Of a stretch of 47,990 nucleotides of DNA, positions 25,515-33,336 are shown piece after piece (within the stretch, counting starts at the first letter, position 1; the number at the start of each line of letters is the position of its first letter). The position numbers and the translations under genes were made by a program. The notes below the pieces were generated by a model. It made no database searches. It saw nothing but the letters and a program-made list of their open reading frames with translations, and was not told the origin of the DNA. The stretch is from contig JBCDDQ010000002.1 of NCBI GenBank assembly GCA_039180225.1, forward strand, positions 1 through 47,990, given 5' to 3'. The DNA comes from Pseudomonadota bacterium. GTDB taxonomy: Bacteria; Pseudomonadota; Alphaproteobacteria; Rhizobiales; CAJQND01.

Positions 25515-25961
25515 TCAGTGCCTGATCACGATCCGTGCGTTCCGCCGGCCATTGCGGCGAACCAGATGGAACAACGTGGCCGCATGTTTGGGATGCAGGC
25601 GCACACAGCCATGCGAGGCCGGACGGCCCAGCCGCCGGATCTGGTTCGTGCCGTGCACGGCATACCCGCCACGGAAGAAGATCGAATACGGCATCGGCGA
25701 GTTGTTGTATTTGCTCGAATAGTGCATGCGCTTCATGATCGTCGGCCGGTACGAGCCGGTCGGCGTGCGGTAACGGCCACGGCCCGTGGATACGCGCCAG
25801 CTGTAAAGCTTGCGACCGTTCTTGTAGACATGCATGCGCTGACTGGAAATGTCGATCTTTGCAACAATCTTGCTGGCTTGAGCCGGAACAAGCGCTCCTT
25901 CCAAACCGAACAGCACCAATAGTGCGGCCAAGAAACCGGAAAATTTAAACAGCTTAGACAT
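25515..25961 (-). CDS. L,D-transpeptidase (YkuD domain), secreted
   Basis: Signal peptide MSKLFKFSGFLAALLVLFGL and catalytic motif YAVHGT...GRPASHGCVRL. Confidence 0.85.
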   Translation of the reverse strand: MSKLFKFSGFLAALLVLFGLEGALVPAQASKIVAKIDISSQRMHVYKNGRKLYSWRVSTGRGRYRTPTGSYRPTIMKRMHYSSKYNNSPMPYSIFFRGGYAVHGTNQIRRLGRPASHGCVRLHPKHAATLFHLVRRNGRRNARIVIRH

Positions 25962-26103
25962 TGTACTGCGCCCCTACTACGCTAATTATACTTACCAGCA
26001 AACCACACGGACAGGTTTAGCCGTGGGTTCGTCTCTAGCCCCAACTCGAAAGTCTGAGATACATGAAAGCCCAGTTTACCCGAATGGGCAAGCCCTGAAT
26101 TGA

Positions 26104-27345
26104 TTACTCAGGCTTTACACTGGCATATTGACGGGTGCGCTCGGTCCCGACGTCGCGGGCGATGTCCTTGATGAGAGCGGCCTCACGCTCCAGCTCCGCG
26201 TCCGACATCCCCGGGTAACAGGGCACCACGATCATATCCTGCAAGGCTTGAGCGGCGATGGTGGGGGCGAGATCTTCGCGGCCTTCGGGCGCCGCCACGG
26301 CCTGGGAGCGCGGCAAATCGGAGCTGTCGAAGCCGGCGGCCTTTAAGCGCCTCACAAACTCATCCGGCTTGTCCACCAACATAGGGAACACCCAGTAGTC
26401 GTGGTGATCACTGGCCTGGCCGGGAAGGACGACAGCATCACCGATCAAATCGCGCAAGCGTCTTCCTTTTTCTGCCCTCAATGACAGATCGCCTGGCTTA
26501 AAGCCCGAAATGCGGCGGGCCATTAGCGCCAAAAGCCCCTCAGAAGGGCGGAACCGCAAGCGCTTTGCCGAACCCAGTTTCGCCACGTTACGCACGCTAT
26601 TGCTAAGCGAGGTCTCATAGTCTTTGCCCCGCGCGGCGAAGAAGCGGTAGATAAGCTGCAGCACGGTGCGCGATGTAAGGGTCTTCAAAGCGGCAAACTT
26701 CAGGACCCGCACCAATTGGTCGCGGTTGGTCTGCGCCGGGTATTCGGCCTGAAGATCGCGCATCCGCGCGCGCAAGGCATCATCATGCACGCGGATAAGC
26801 GCCCCGCCCAAAGCGGTCGAGGTCTTAAGCGGCCCAAAGGAAAACATCGAGACATCCGCACCCTGATGGCCACCATATGCCTTGCCGTCAAAGGCTTGTG
26901 CGCAGTCCTCCACGATGAACAGGTTGTGGGCGCGAGCCACTTCAAATATCGGATCGAGATCAATATGCGTGCCGAACAGATGCGCCACCACCAGCACACG
27001 CGAGCGATTGGTGATGGCCCGCTTCAAGCGCTCCACGGAGGGTGCCATGTGCGCCACATCCAGATCCACCGGCACGGGCGTATACCCTTCACGGCGCGCG
27101 ATGTTGATCATGCCCTTCACGTTGAGCGCGGAAAAAATGACCTCATCACCCTCTTCAAGCTTGAGCGCTTGGAGGAGGAGGTCAAAACCGCTGCGCACCG
27201 AATAGGCCGTTATGCAGTCGGCCTTGCTGGACCAATAGCTCTCCAGCTGCGCACGGTTGGCGTCGGCACGGCCTGCAAAAAGGCAAGCGCCCGCGCCAGC
27301 GGCAAGGTCGGGCCAATCAATTTTAAGCTGGGTACGCGCCCACAT
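26104..27345 (-). CDS. DegT/DnrJ/EryC1/StrS-family PLP-dependent aminotransferase-like protein
   Basis: IVEDCAQAFDG and SMFSFGPLKTSTALGGALI (Schiff-base Lys context) match the sugar aminotransferase family pattern. Confidence 0.65.
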   Translation of the reverse strand: MWARTQLKIDWPDLAAGAGACLFAGRADANRAQLESYWSSKADCITAYSVRSGFDLLLQALKLEEGDEVIFSALNVKGMINIARREGYTPVPVDLDVAHMAPSVERLKRAITNRSRVLVVAHLFGTHIDLDPIFEVARAHNLFIVEDCAQAFDGKAYGGHQGADVSMFSFGPLKTSTALGGALIRVHDDALRARMRDLQAEYPAQTNRDQLVRVLKFAALKTLTSRTVLQLIYRFFAARGKDYETSLSNSVRNVAKLGSAKRLRFRPSEGLLALMARRISGFKPGDLSLRAEKGRRLRDLIGDAVVLPGQASDHHDYWVFPMLVDKPDEFVRRLKAAGFDSSDLPRSQAVAAPEGREDLAPTIAAQALQDMIVVPCYPGMSDAELEREAALIKDIARDVGTERTRQYASVKPE

Positions 27346-27440
27346 GGCCAGTCATGGCTCCGGTCTGATGAATACTAAACTTCACCGAAGTTCTCTAACG
27401 ATGCAGGGCGCGACGTCAATGGGATAAATCGTGGCGCCAG

Positions 27441-27467
27441 CCCGGCCCCGCTTTTGCGGGCGCCGGG
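27441..27467 (-). terminator. GC-rich hairpin downstream of the FAH-family gene
   Basis: CCCGGCCCCGC-TTTT-GCGGGCGCCGGG forms 11 bp with one bulged base. There is no clear U-tract on the minus strand, so terminator function is uncertain. Confidence 0.3.
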
Positions 27468-27493
27468 AAACATGTTCAACGGGTTTGGCGGCC

Positions 27494-28333
27494 CTATTCT
27501 TTGACCACCTTTTGCTTCTGCTGACCGAGACCTTCAATGCCCACGGTCATCACCTCGCCGTTCTTCAAGAAGCGCGGCGGCTTTTGGCCTGCGCCCACGC
27601 CGGGAGGCGTCCCGGTGGCAATCAGGTCACCCGGCTCAAGGGTCATGAACTTGGAGAGGTAAGACACAATGTGAGCGGCTGAGAAAATCATGGTCTTGGT
27701 GTTGCCATCCTGCTGGCGCTCCCCATCAATCTCCAGCCAGATGTCAAGCTTCTGGGGGTTGGGGATTTCGTCGGTGGTGACCAGCCAGGGCCCTACAGGG
27801 CCGAAGCCATCAATGGCCTTGCCTTTGATCCATTGTCCACCACGTTCCAATTGGAATTCGCGCTCGGAGACATCGTTCACGACGCAATATCCGGCCACAT
27901 AAGACAGCGCATCCTTCTTGGACACATACTTGGCACGCTTGCCAATCACGATGCCCAGTTCCACTTCCCAGTCCATTTTCTTAGAACCCTTTGGACGCAC
28001 CACATTGTCATTAGGTCCGGCCAGAGCGTTCATGGTTTTGGAGAACAGGATCGGCTCGCTCGGGATCGGCATGCCGGCTTCCTTGGCGTGGTCTTCATAG
28101 TTCAGGCCGATGCACAGGAACTTCTGAAAGCCGGTAACCGGCGAGCCAATGCGCGGGCGGCCCTTCACGAGCGGCAGCGAGCCTGGTCTGATTTTCTTGA
28201 GCTGGGCGAGCTTCTTATCAAGAACGGCTGGAGTGATGTCATCGATCTTGCCAGAAAGATCACGGATCTTGCCGTCATCATCCAACATACCAGGTTTCTC
28301 ACGGCCTTTCGGGCCATACCGCAACAATTTCAT
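27494..28333 (-). CDS. Fumarylacetoacetate hydrolase (FAH) family protein
   Basis: MKLLRYGPKGREKPGMLDDDGKIRDLS N-terminus and the core WEVELGIVIGK...DVSEREFQ...GKAIDGFGPVGP are typical of FAH-family hydratases/decarboxylases. Confidence 0.85.
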   Translation of the reverse strand: MKLLRYGPKGREKPGMLDDDGKIRDLSGKIDDITPAVLDKKLAQLKKIRPGSLPLVKGRPRIGSPVTGFQKFLCIGLNYEDHAKEAGMPIPSEPILFSKTMNALAGPNDNVVRPKGSKKMDWEVELGIVIGKRAKYVSKKDALSYVAGYCVVNDVSEREFQLERGGQWIKGKAIDGFGPVGPWLVTTDEIPNPQKLDIWLEIDGERQQDGNTKTMIFSAAHIVSYLSKFMTLEPGDLIATGTPPGVGAGQKPPRFLKNGEVMTVGIEGLGQQKQKVVKE

Positions 28334-28354
28334 TTTGGGACTGCCTCATTCAGA

Positions 28355-28987
28355 TTAGGCACGGACATATTTGTCCGCACTGGGATGGAAGAGCGGGTTA
28401 TAGCCCAAGCGCAGCGTTTCGACCATGGGCAAAGGTGTGATCACCCGAACAGTCCCGCGCGGCGCGTGCGCGCACTTTTCTGTGTACCCTGCAAAAGACC
28501 ATTTGAGCAGCGATTGTCCATGCACGGACCAGGCCGCATCCCGCCATTCGATCATCGTCCCGCTCGGCAGACTGGCCATCGGGCGCTCCACCAAGCGCTT
28601 AGCCTTGCCGTCAAGCCGGTGGGCGTGGAGCACCTTGTCAAACTCGGGCGCAGAGGGGCGCGTCTCCAGCTGGCGCGCCTCGGCATAGGCGTTCAAGAAC
28701 GTCAACGCATCCTGGCGCCGGCACTCAAAACAAGGCCGATGCCCGGCTGCCAGTGCGGTCACTTCGTCCAGAAAGAACAGCTCCGTGTAGCTGTTGGGGG
28801 CCATGAGCTGGCGCTGCCGGTTTTTGAATGACAAGACACAGCAAATCCACGCCCGGCTTGCCCATCTGCGTTTCGTCAGCCGTTGGCCGGGCCCATGAAT
28901 GCGCCCGCCCCGATTTCCAAAAAGCAAACCGCGTGCCGGATCGGCGACAATCTCGCCCCACGGGTTGACTCTGTTCTGAAGCGGCAT
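28355..28987 (-). CDS. Conserved-looking hypothetical protein (210 aa), function unknown
   Basis: Long ORF with GC3-biased codons. Starts 8 nt after the lutC stop and ends 21 nt before the FAH gene. Contains AAGHRPCFECRR (Cys-x2-Cys next to basic residues). I do not recognise a family. Confidence 0.6.
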   Translation of the reverse strand: MPLQNRVNPWGEIVADPARGLLFGNRGGRIHGPGQRLTKRRWASRAWICCVLSFKNRQRQLMAPNSYTELFFLDEVTALAAGHRPCFECRRQDALTFLNAYAEARQLETRPSAPEFDKVLHAHRLDGKAKRLVERPMASLPSGTMIEWRDAAWSVHGQSLLKWSFAGYTEKCAHAPRGTVRVITPLPMVETLRLGYNPLFHPSADKYVRA

Positions 28988-28995
28988 GGGCGGGC

Positions 28996-29697
28996 CTACT
29001 TGGCGCTGTTTGGCCTGTTCAGCACAATCACGTGCAAGCGCCTGGGTCCATGTGCACCCAACTCGATCTTCTGCTCAATATCTCCCGTTCGCGACGGGCC
29101 GGAGATCAGGTTGACCGTGCGCGGCATTTCCCCGTCGCCATAGACCGCGCGCACCACGTCCCAGGCATCTTCATAGGAGCCTGCGATGCGCCCCGATTCC
29201 ACGACCACTATGTGGTTTTCAGGAAGGAAGTTCAGCGAGGTGGGATTGTCGGATCCAGACGTCATCACCAGCGTGCCGCTCTCAGCCACCGCGGCAAAGG
29301 CTCTCGACACGGACACTTCATCGGTCTTGCGCGCAATGCCCACGCCAACTTCCAACGTGCGCGCCTTTCCCCAAGGCAACTTTTCCAGAGCGGGATCCGA
29401 CCCGCGCCGGATCTTTTGCGGCAAGTTATGCAGACGCAGATAGTTTGCAATTGCTCCGGGGATCTCTGAGGGCGTTTTCACCTGCTCTACGGTGCCGTTC
29501 ACCGCTTCCATCCGCTCGCAAAACTGCTTCACGTTCTGCGCGACCGTGCCGACGGCACGTTCGGGGACGGTATTGCGCGTATGATCTTCCAGCCGATCTG
29601 CTACTGTTTCCAAACGATCCATGGCATCGGCGTCCACGTTCAGCGAGGTGCGGATGCGGCCGAGGATCTGTTCGCGCCGGGTCGCGTTGTCAGACAT
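28996..29697 (-). CDS. lutC: Lactate utilization protein C (LUD domain)
   Basis: 233 aa, overlaps the lutB stop by 8 nt. Position and size match LutC/YkgG. Confidence 0.8.
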   Translation of the reverse strand: MSDNATRREQILGRIRTSLNVDADAMDRLETVADRLEDHTRNTVPERAVGTVAQNVKQFCERMEAVNGTVEQVKTPSEIPGAIANYLRLHNLPQKIRRGSDPALEKLPWGKARTLEVGVGIARKTDEVSVSRAFAAVAESGTLVMTSGSDNPTSLNFLPENHIVVVESGRIAGSYEDAWDVVRAVYGDGEMPRTVNLISGPSRTGDIEQKIELGAHGPRRLHVIVLNRPNSAK

Positions 29698-31108
29698 TGT
29701 CCCTTTCCTTCCACATTTGCTGAAATGTCTTACCTTGCGGTGCGGGGAAATCCCGGTACTTCACCCAACCGCTTGCGAGCGGCAAACTCTCCATGCGGCC
29801 TGCCCGCCCGGCGCGCCACTTCAAAAGACGTGCAGCCCAGCTGGTAAGGCGCTGATAGAATTTCGGCCTCAATGCAAACCAGGCCCATACGCCCAAGCCT
29901 CTGCGAACGGCAAAGGGCGTTAGGTGCTTTTCAAATTCCCTCTCCCTCCAATGCCGCATCATTTTGGGTAGAGGAATGCGCATGGGGCAGACCTCCTCGC
30001 AGCGTCCACAGAATGTGGACGCGTTCGGGAGGTGGCCGGCCTCGTTCACGCCAATCAGGTTTGGTGTCAGCACCGACCCCATAGGACCGGAATAGACCCA
30101 GCCATACGCATGGCCGCCCACAGCCTGGTAGACCGGGCAGTGGTTCAAACACGCCCCACAGCGGATACAGCGCAGCATCTCCTGAAACTCCGTGCCGAGC
30201 ATGGACGAGCGGCCGTTGTCGAGCAGCACCACGTGGTACTCCTGCGGCCCGTCCGGATCACCGCGTCGCTTAGGGCCGGTTGAGAATGTGGTGTAGTTGG
30301 AGATGTCCTGCCCTGTGGCAGAGCGCGCCAGGAGGCGGACAAGTGTGCTGGCATCCTCGAGCGTGGGAACCACCTTTTCAATGGACGCGAGCACGATATG
30401 GGTTTTCGGCAGAATCTGCGTGAGGTCGCCATTGCCTTCATTGGTGACGATGACGGACGTGCCGGTTTCCGCGATCAGAAAGTTGGCTCCCGTGATCCCC
30501 ACATCCGCATCAATGTATTTCTGGCGCAGGATCTGCCGGGCCTCGTGCACCAGCGATGCCGGCTCATGCAGGTTGCGTTCTTCGGGGAGCTCTGTGTGGA
30601 ATCTGCGGAAGTCGGCCTCGATCTGCTCTTTGGTCACATGGACCGCCGGAGCAATCAGGTGGCTTGGCGTTTCTCCGCGCAACTGAATGATGTACTCCCC
30701 AAGATCGGTTTCCACGGGCTCGATATTCATCTTCTCAAGCCCGGCGTTCAGCCCGATCTCCTCTGAAATCATTGATTTGCCCTTGGTTACCGTCTGCGCC
30801 TCACGGTCAAGGCACAAGCGCACAACCAGGTCGCACGCCTCCTGGGCCGTGGTGGCCCAGTGCACATAGCCTCCGGCCTCCACCACCTTCTCCTCAAAGG
30901 CTTCCAGGTAAAGGTCCAAGTGTTCAAGGGTGTGGTTTTTTATCTCGCGACCCTGATCGCGCAGTTGCTCAAATTCCGGCAGGGCGGCAGCGGCATCGGC
31001 GCGCTTTTTTACAAAGCCGCGCGGCACGTTTAACAGAGCGCGCTGCAGTTGCTCGTCGCTGAGAGCGCCTGCAGCATTGCGCTTGAAACTCTTCGATGTG
31101 GGCTGCAT
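29690..31108 (-). CDS. lutB: Lactate utilization protein B (4Fe-4S, LutB/YkgF)
   Basis: CIRCGACLNHCPVY and CGRCEEVCPMRIP ferredoxin-type clusters, 472 aa. Confidence 0.88.
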   Translation of the reverse strand: MQPTSKSFKRNAAGALSDEQLQRALLNVPRGFVKKRADAAAALPEFEQLRDQGREIKNHTLEHLDLYLEAFEEKVVEAGGYVHWATTAQEACDLVVRLCLDREAQTVTKGKSMISEEIGLNAGLEKMNIEPVETDLGEYIIQLRGETPSHLIAPAVHVTKEQIEADFRRFHTELPEERNLHEPASLVHEARQILRQKYIDADVGITGANFLIAETGTSVIVTNEGNGDLTQILPKTHIVLASIEKVVPTLEDASTLVRLLARSATGQDISNYTTFSTGPKRRGDPDGPQEYHVVLLDNGRSSMLGTEFQEMLRCIRCGACLNHCPVYQAVGGHAYGWVYSGPMGSVLTPNLIGVNEAGHLPNASTFCGRCEEVCPMRIPLPKMMRHWREREFEKHLTPFAVRRGLGVWAWFALRPKFYQRLTSWAARLLKWRAGRAGRMESLPLASGWVKYRDFPAPQGKTFQQMWKERDNV

Positions 31109-31875
31109 CAGCTTTCCCCTTCCCCGATCGACGGCAACAGGGTTTCGCCTGCCAGCACTTCGGCCACGTGGCGCACTTCGATCTTGGAACCGGAACGCTT
31201 CAATTTGCCGGCCATATTCATCAGACAGCCGAGATCACCCGCCAGAAGCACCTCTGCGCCACTGGCCTCAATATTCGCCATTTTCTTGGTGAGCATGTCG
31301 TTGGAGATGTCCGGATATTTGACGCAGAATGTGCCCCCAAAGCCGCAGCACACATTGGCATCAGACATCTCACGCAGCTCCAGGCCGGCCACCGAAGACA
31401 AAAGCTGGCGTGGCTGTTTGTGCACCTTCAACTCACGCAGGCCCGAGCAGGAATCGTGATAGGTGACGCACCGTCCGAACTGTGCATCCACGCCCTTCAC
31501 TTGCAGAACATCGGTCAGAAACGAGACAAGTTCGTAGGTTTTGTCCGCCAAGGCGATGGCACGAGACTGCACGCCTGTGCCCTCACCAAAAAGTCGCGGA
31601 TAGTGCTTCTTCAGCATTCCAGCACACGACCCTGACGGGGCCACCACATACTCGTAAGGCTCGAACGTGCGGATGGTGCGCTCCGCGATTTCCTTTGAGC
31701 TCTTGCGGTCGCCACTATTATAGGCCGGCTGGCCACAGCAGGTTTGCACATCCGGCACCTCCACGGTGCACCCAGCTTCTTCAAGAAGCTTGACCGCCGC
31801 GAAACCCACCGAAGGTCGGAAGATGTCGACCAGACAGGTGACAAACAATCCCACCTTGATTTTCGTATCGCTCAT
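31108..31875 (-). CDS. lutA: Lactate utilization protein A ((Fe-S)-binding, CCG domains; LutA/YkgE)
   Basis: KVGLFVTCLVDIFRPSVGFAAVKLLEEAGCTVEVPDVQTCCGQPAYNSG and a second CCG motif, NVCCGFGGTF. Confidence 0.88.
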   Translation of the reverse strand: MSDTKIKVGLFVTCLVDIFRPSVGFAAVKLLEEAGCTVEVPDVQTCCGQPAYNSGDRKSSKEIAERTIRTFEPYEYVVAPSGSCAGMLKKHYPRLFGEGTGVQSRAIALADKTYELVSFLTDVLQVKGVDAQFGRCVTYHDSCSGLRELKVHKQPRQLLSSVAGLELREMSDANVCCGFGGTFCVKYPDISNDMLTKKMANIEASGAEVLLAGDLGCLMNMAGKLKRSGSKIEVRHVAEVLAGETLLPSIGEGES

Positions 31876-32678
31876 ACCGCCTCCTCAGCCGCCCTGGCCC
31901 GTTTTGTGCCAGTCCGGTGAACCGTCTCAAGCCGCCGCTCTGCAGTGATCTGCCTGGAATGCGCGCGCTCTGCTGTGTCGCGCGCAGCGATCACATATGT
32001 CATGTGCTGCTCGGCTGCCAGCTTTGCCGCCTCTGCATCCCCGTTCAAAACGGCGAAATAGATGGCGCGGTGCTGGTCAAGCAACCGGTCGCGCGCTCCT
32101 GGATTTTCATAAAGCAGTTTCCGGTTGTGGAACACTCCAGCCTTCAACAGGGCGTAAATGCTGCGCAGGGTTTGGATTAGAACGATGTTGTGGCCGGCAT
32201 CAACGATGGCGCTGTGAAACTCAACGTCGAGCCGAGCTTCTTCTTCTGCGTCCTGGCGGTCATGGGCAGCTTCCATGCGCCCAAAAATGCCCTCCAGGAT
32301 TGTCCGGTCAGCCGGCGTAGCCCGTTGGGCCGCATAGCTGGCGGCGATCCCCTCCACCTGCTGACGAAACTCAAGATAGTCGGCCGTGGCCTTCTCATGC
32401 TTGCCGAATAAAGGCACGATCGGTTCGGCGAAGACGGACCCCATAACATCAGCCACGTATGTGCCGCCCCCCTGGCGGGCGATCAACAGCCGGCGCTGCT
32501 CAAGCTCGTTCAGCGCATCGCGCAAACTGGGACGCGAAACCTCCAGCGTCTTGGCCAGCTCGCGCTCCGGCGGCAGCTTGTCGCCAGGCTTTAGAACGCC
32601 CTCCAAAATAAGGGCCTCGATCTGCCGCGCGACGGCATCAGAAACTTTGACCTGTTCTATGCGTTGGAACATGGACAT
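31872..32678 (-). CDS. GntR-family transcriptional regulator, FadR/FCD subfamily (LutR/LldR/GlcC-like)
   Basis: N-terminal wHTH LILEGVLKPGDKLPPERELAKTLEVSRPSLRDALNELE, helical C-terminal FCD-like domain, ATGA overlap with lutA. Confidence 0.85.
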   Translation of the reverse strand: MSMFQRIEQVKVSDAVARQIEALILEGVLKPGDKLPPERELAKTLEVSRPSLRDALNELEQRRLLIARQGGGTYVADVMGSVFAEPIVPLFGKHEKATADYLEFRQQVEGIAASYAAQRATPADRTILEGIFGRMEAAHDRQDAEEEARLDVEFHSAIVDAGHNIVLIQTLRSIYALLKAGVFHNRKLLYENPGARDRLLDQHRAIYFAVLNGDAEAAKLAAEQHMTYVIAARDTAERAHSRQITAERRLETVHRTGTKRARAAEEAV

Positions 32679-32688
32679 CTTCTAAAAC

Positions 32689-32720
32689 ATAACGGGCACC
32701 CACACTTGGGTACCCGTTAT
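32689..32720 (-). terminator. Intrinsic terminator candidate for the cytochrome c gene, abutting the regulator start codon
   Basis: ATAACGGGCACCCA (32689-32702) and TGGGTACCCGTTAT (32707-32720) pair at 13 of 14 positions with a 4-nt loop. On the minus strand the hairpin is followed by GTTTTAGAAG, then the ATG at 32678. Confidence 0.5.
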
Positions 32721-32745
32721 AACGACGTCGCGGAAAATTGGTCAA
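32716..32745 (-). promoter_or_regulatory. Sigma70-like promoter candidate for the GntR regulator-lutABC operon
   Basis: On the minus strand: TTGACC (plus 32740-32745), 18-nt spacer, TATAAC (plus 32716-32721). The -35 lies inside the right arm of the 11-bp inverted repeat. The -10 lies in the 5' arm of the hairpin. Confidence 0.4.
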
Positions 32746-32763
32746 TACAAAAGACCAATTTTC
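32733..32763. promoter_or_regulatory. Perfect 11-bp inverted repeat, GntR-type operator candidate
   Basis: GAAAATTGGTC (32733-32743) and GACCAATTTTC (32753-32763) are separated by a 9-nt AT-rich spacer. The half sites ATTGGT/ACCAAT resemble PdhR/LldR-type boxes, but the spacing differs. Confidence 0.55.
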
Positions 32764-32794
32764 AACCTTATCGATTGTCAGCCTGTTGGCTTGG

Positions 32795-33190
32795 CTACTG
32801 AGCTTCGGTGAACTGTTTCAGGTAGGCTACCAGATTCACCCGGTCCTTCTCTTTTTTCAGGCCGGCGAAGGCCATTTTCGTACCTTTCACGTATTGCCTG
32901 GGTTTGATGAGATACTCCAGCATGATCTCTTCATCCCACACCAGGCCGTCCTCACCCTTGGCAACCATGGCCTTGGAGTACTTGTAACCTTCCAACGACC
33001 CGGCCTTACGGCCAAACAAGTTCACAAGATGAGGTCCAACTTTGTTCTTTTCTTTTTGAACCTCGTGGCACGCTTTGCACTTACGGAAGACCTTTTCGCC
33101 TCTCTTAATGTCCGGCTCGGCTGCGTGCGCAGAAACCGAGAAAACAACAGCTGCCAGAGCAGCAAGAATGACCTTTGAATTCATTTTCAC
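32795..33190 (-). CDS. Class I c-type cytochrome (mitochondrial/c2-like), periplasmic
   Basis: Signal peptide MKMNSKVILAALAAVVFSVSAHA, heme site CKACHEV, and Met-ligand region GTKMAFAGLKKEKDRVNLVAYLKQF. Confidence 0.88.
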   Translation of the reverse strand: MKMNSKVILAALAAVVFSVSAHAAEPDIKRGEKVFRKCKACHEVQKEKNKVGPHLVNLFGRKAGSLEGYKYSKAMVAKGEDGLVWDEEIMLEYLIKPRQYVKGTKMAFAGLKKEKDRVNLVAYLKQFTEAQ

Positions 33191-33291
33191 GTTTCCCTTA
33201 GCCTAAACTTTGTGCTCCAGGAACTGTGCCCTTTAAACAGCAGAACGCAACATGACAATTGTTCACATGTCCATAGGGATTGACAGACTGG

Positions 33292-33322
33292 CATAAATGG
33301 TAAAAAAAACAGACCAAATTGA
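33292..33322. promoter_or_regulatory. Operator-like element upstream of glcD, related to the 32733-32763 repeat
   Basis: CATAAATGGTAAAAAAAACAGACCAAATTGA aligns without gaps to the lutR-upstream element at 21 of 31 positions, including TGGT-N10-GACCAA. It lies 15 nt upstream of the glcD ATG. The A-rich spacer inflates the score. Confidence 0.3.
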
Positions 33323-33336
33323 ATATGTGAGGAACC

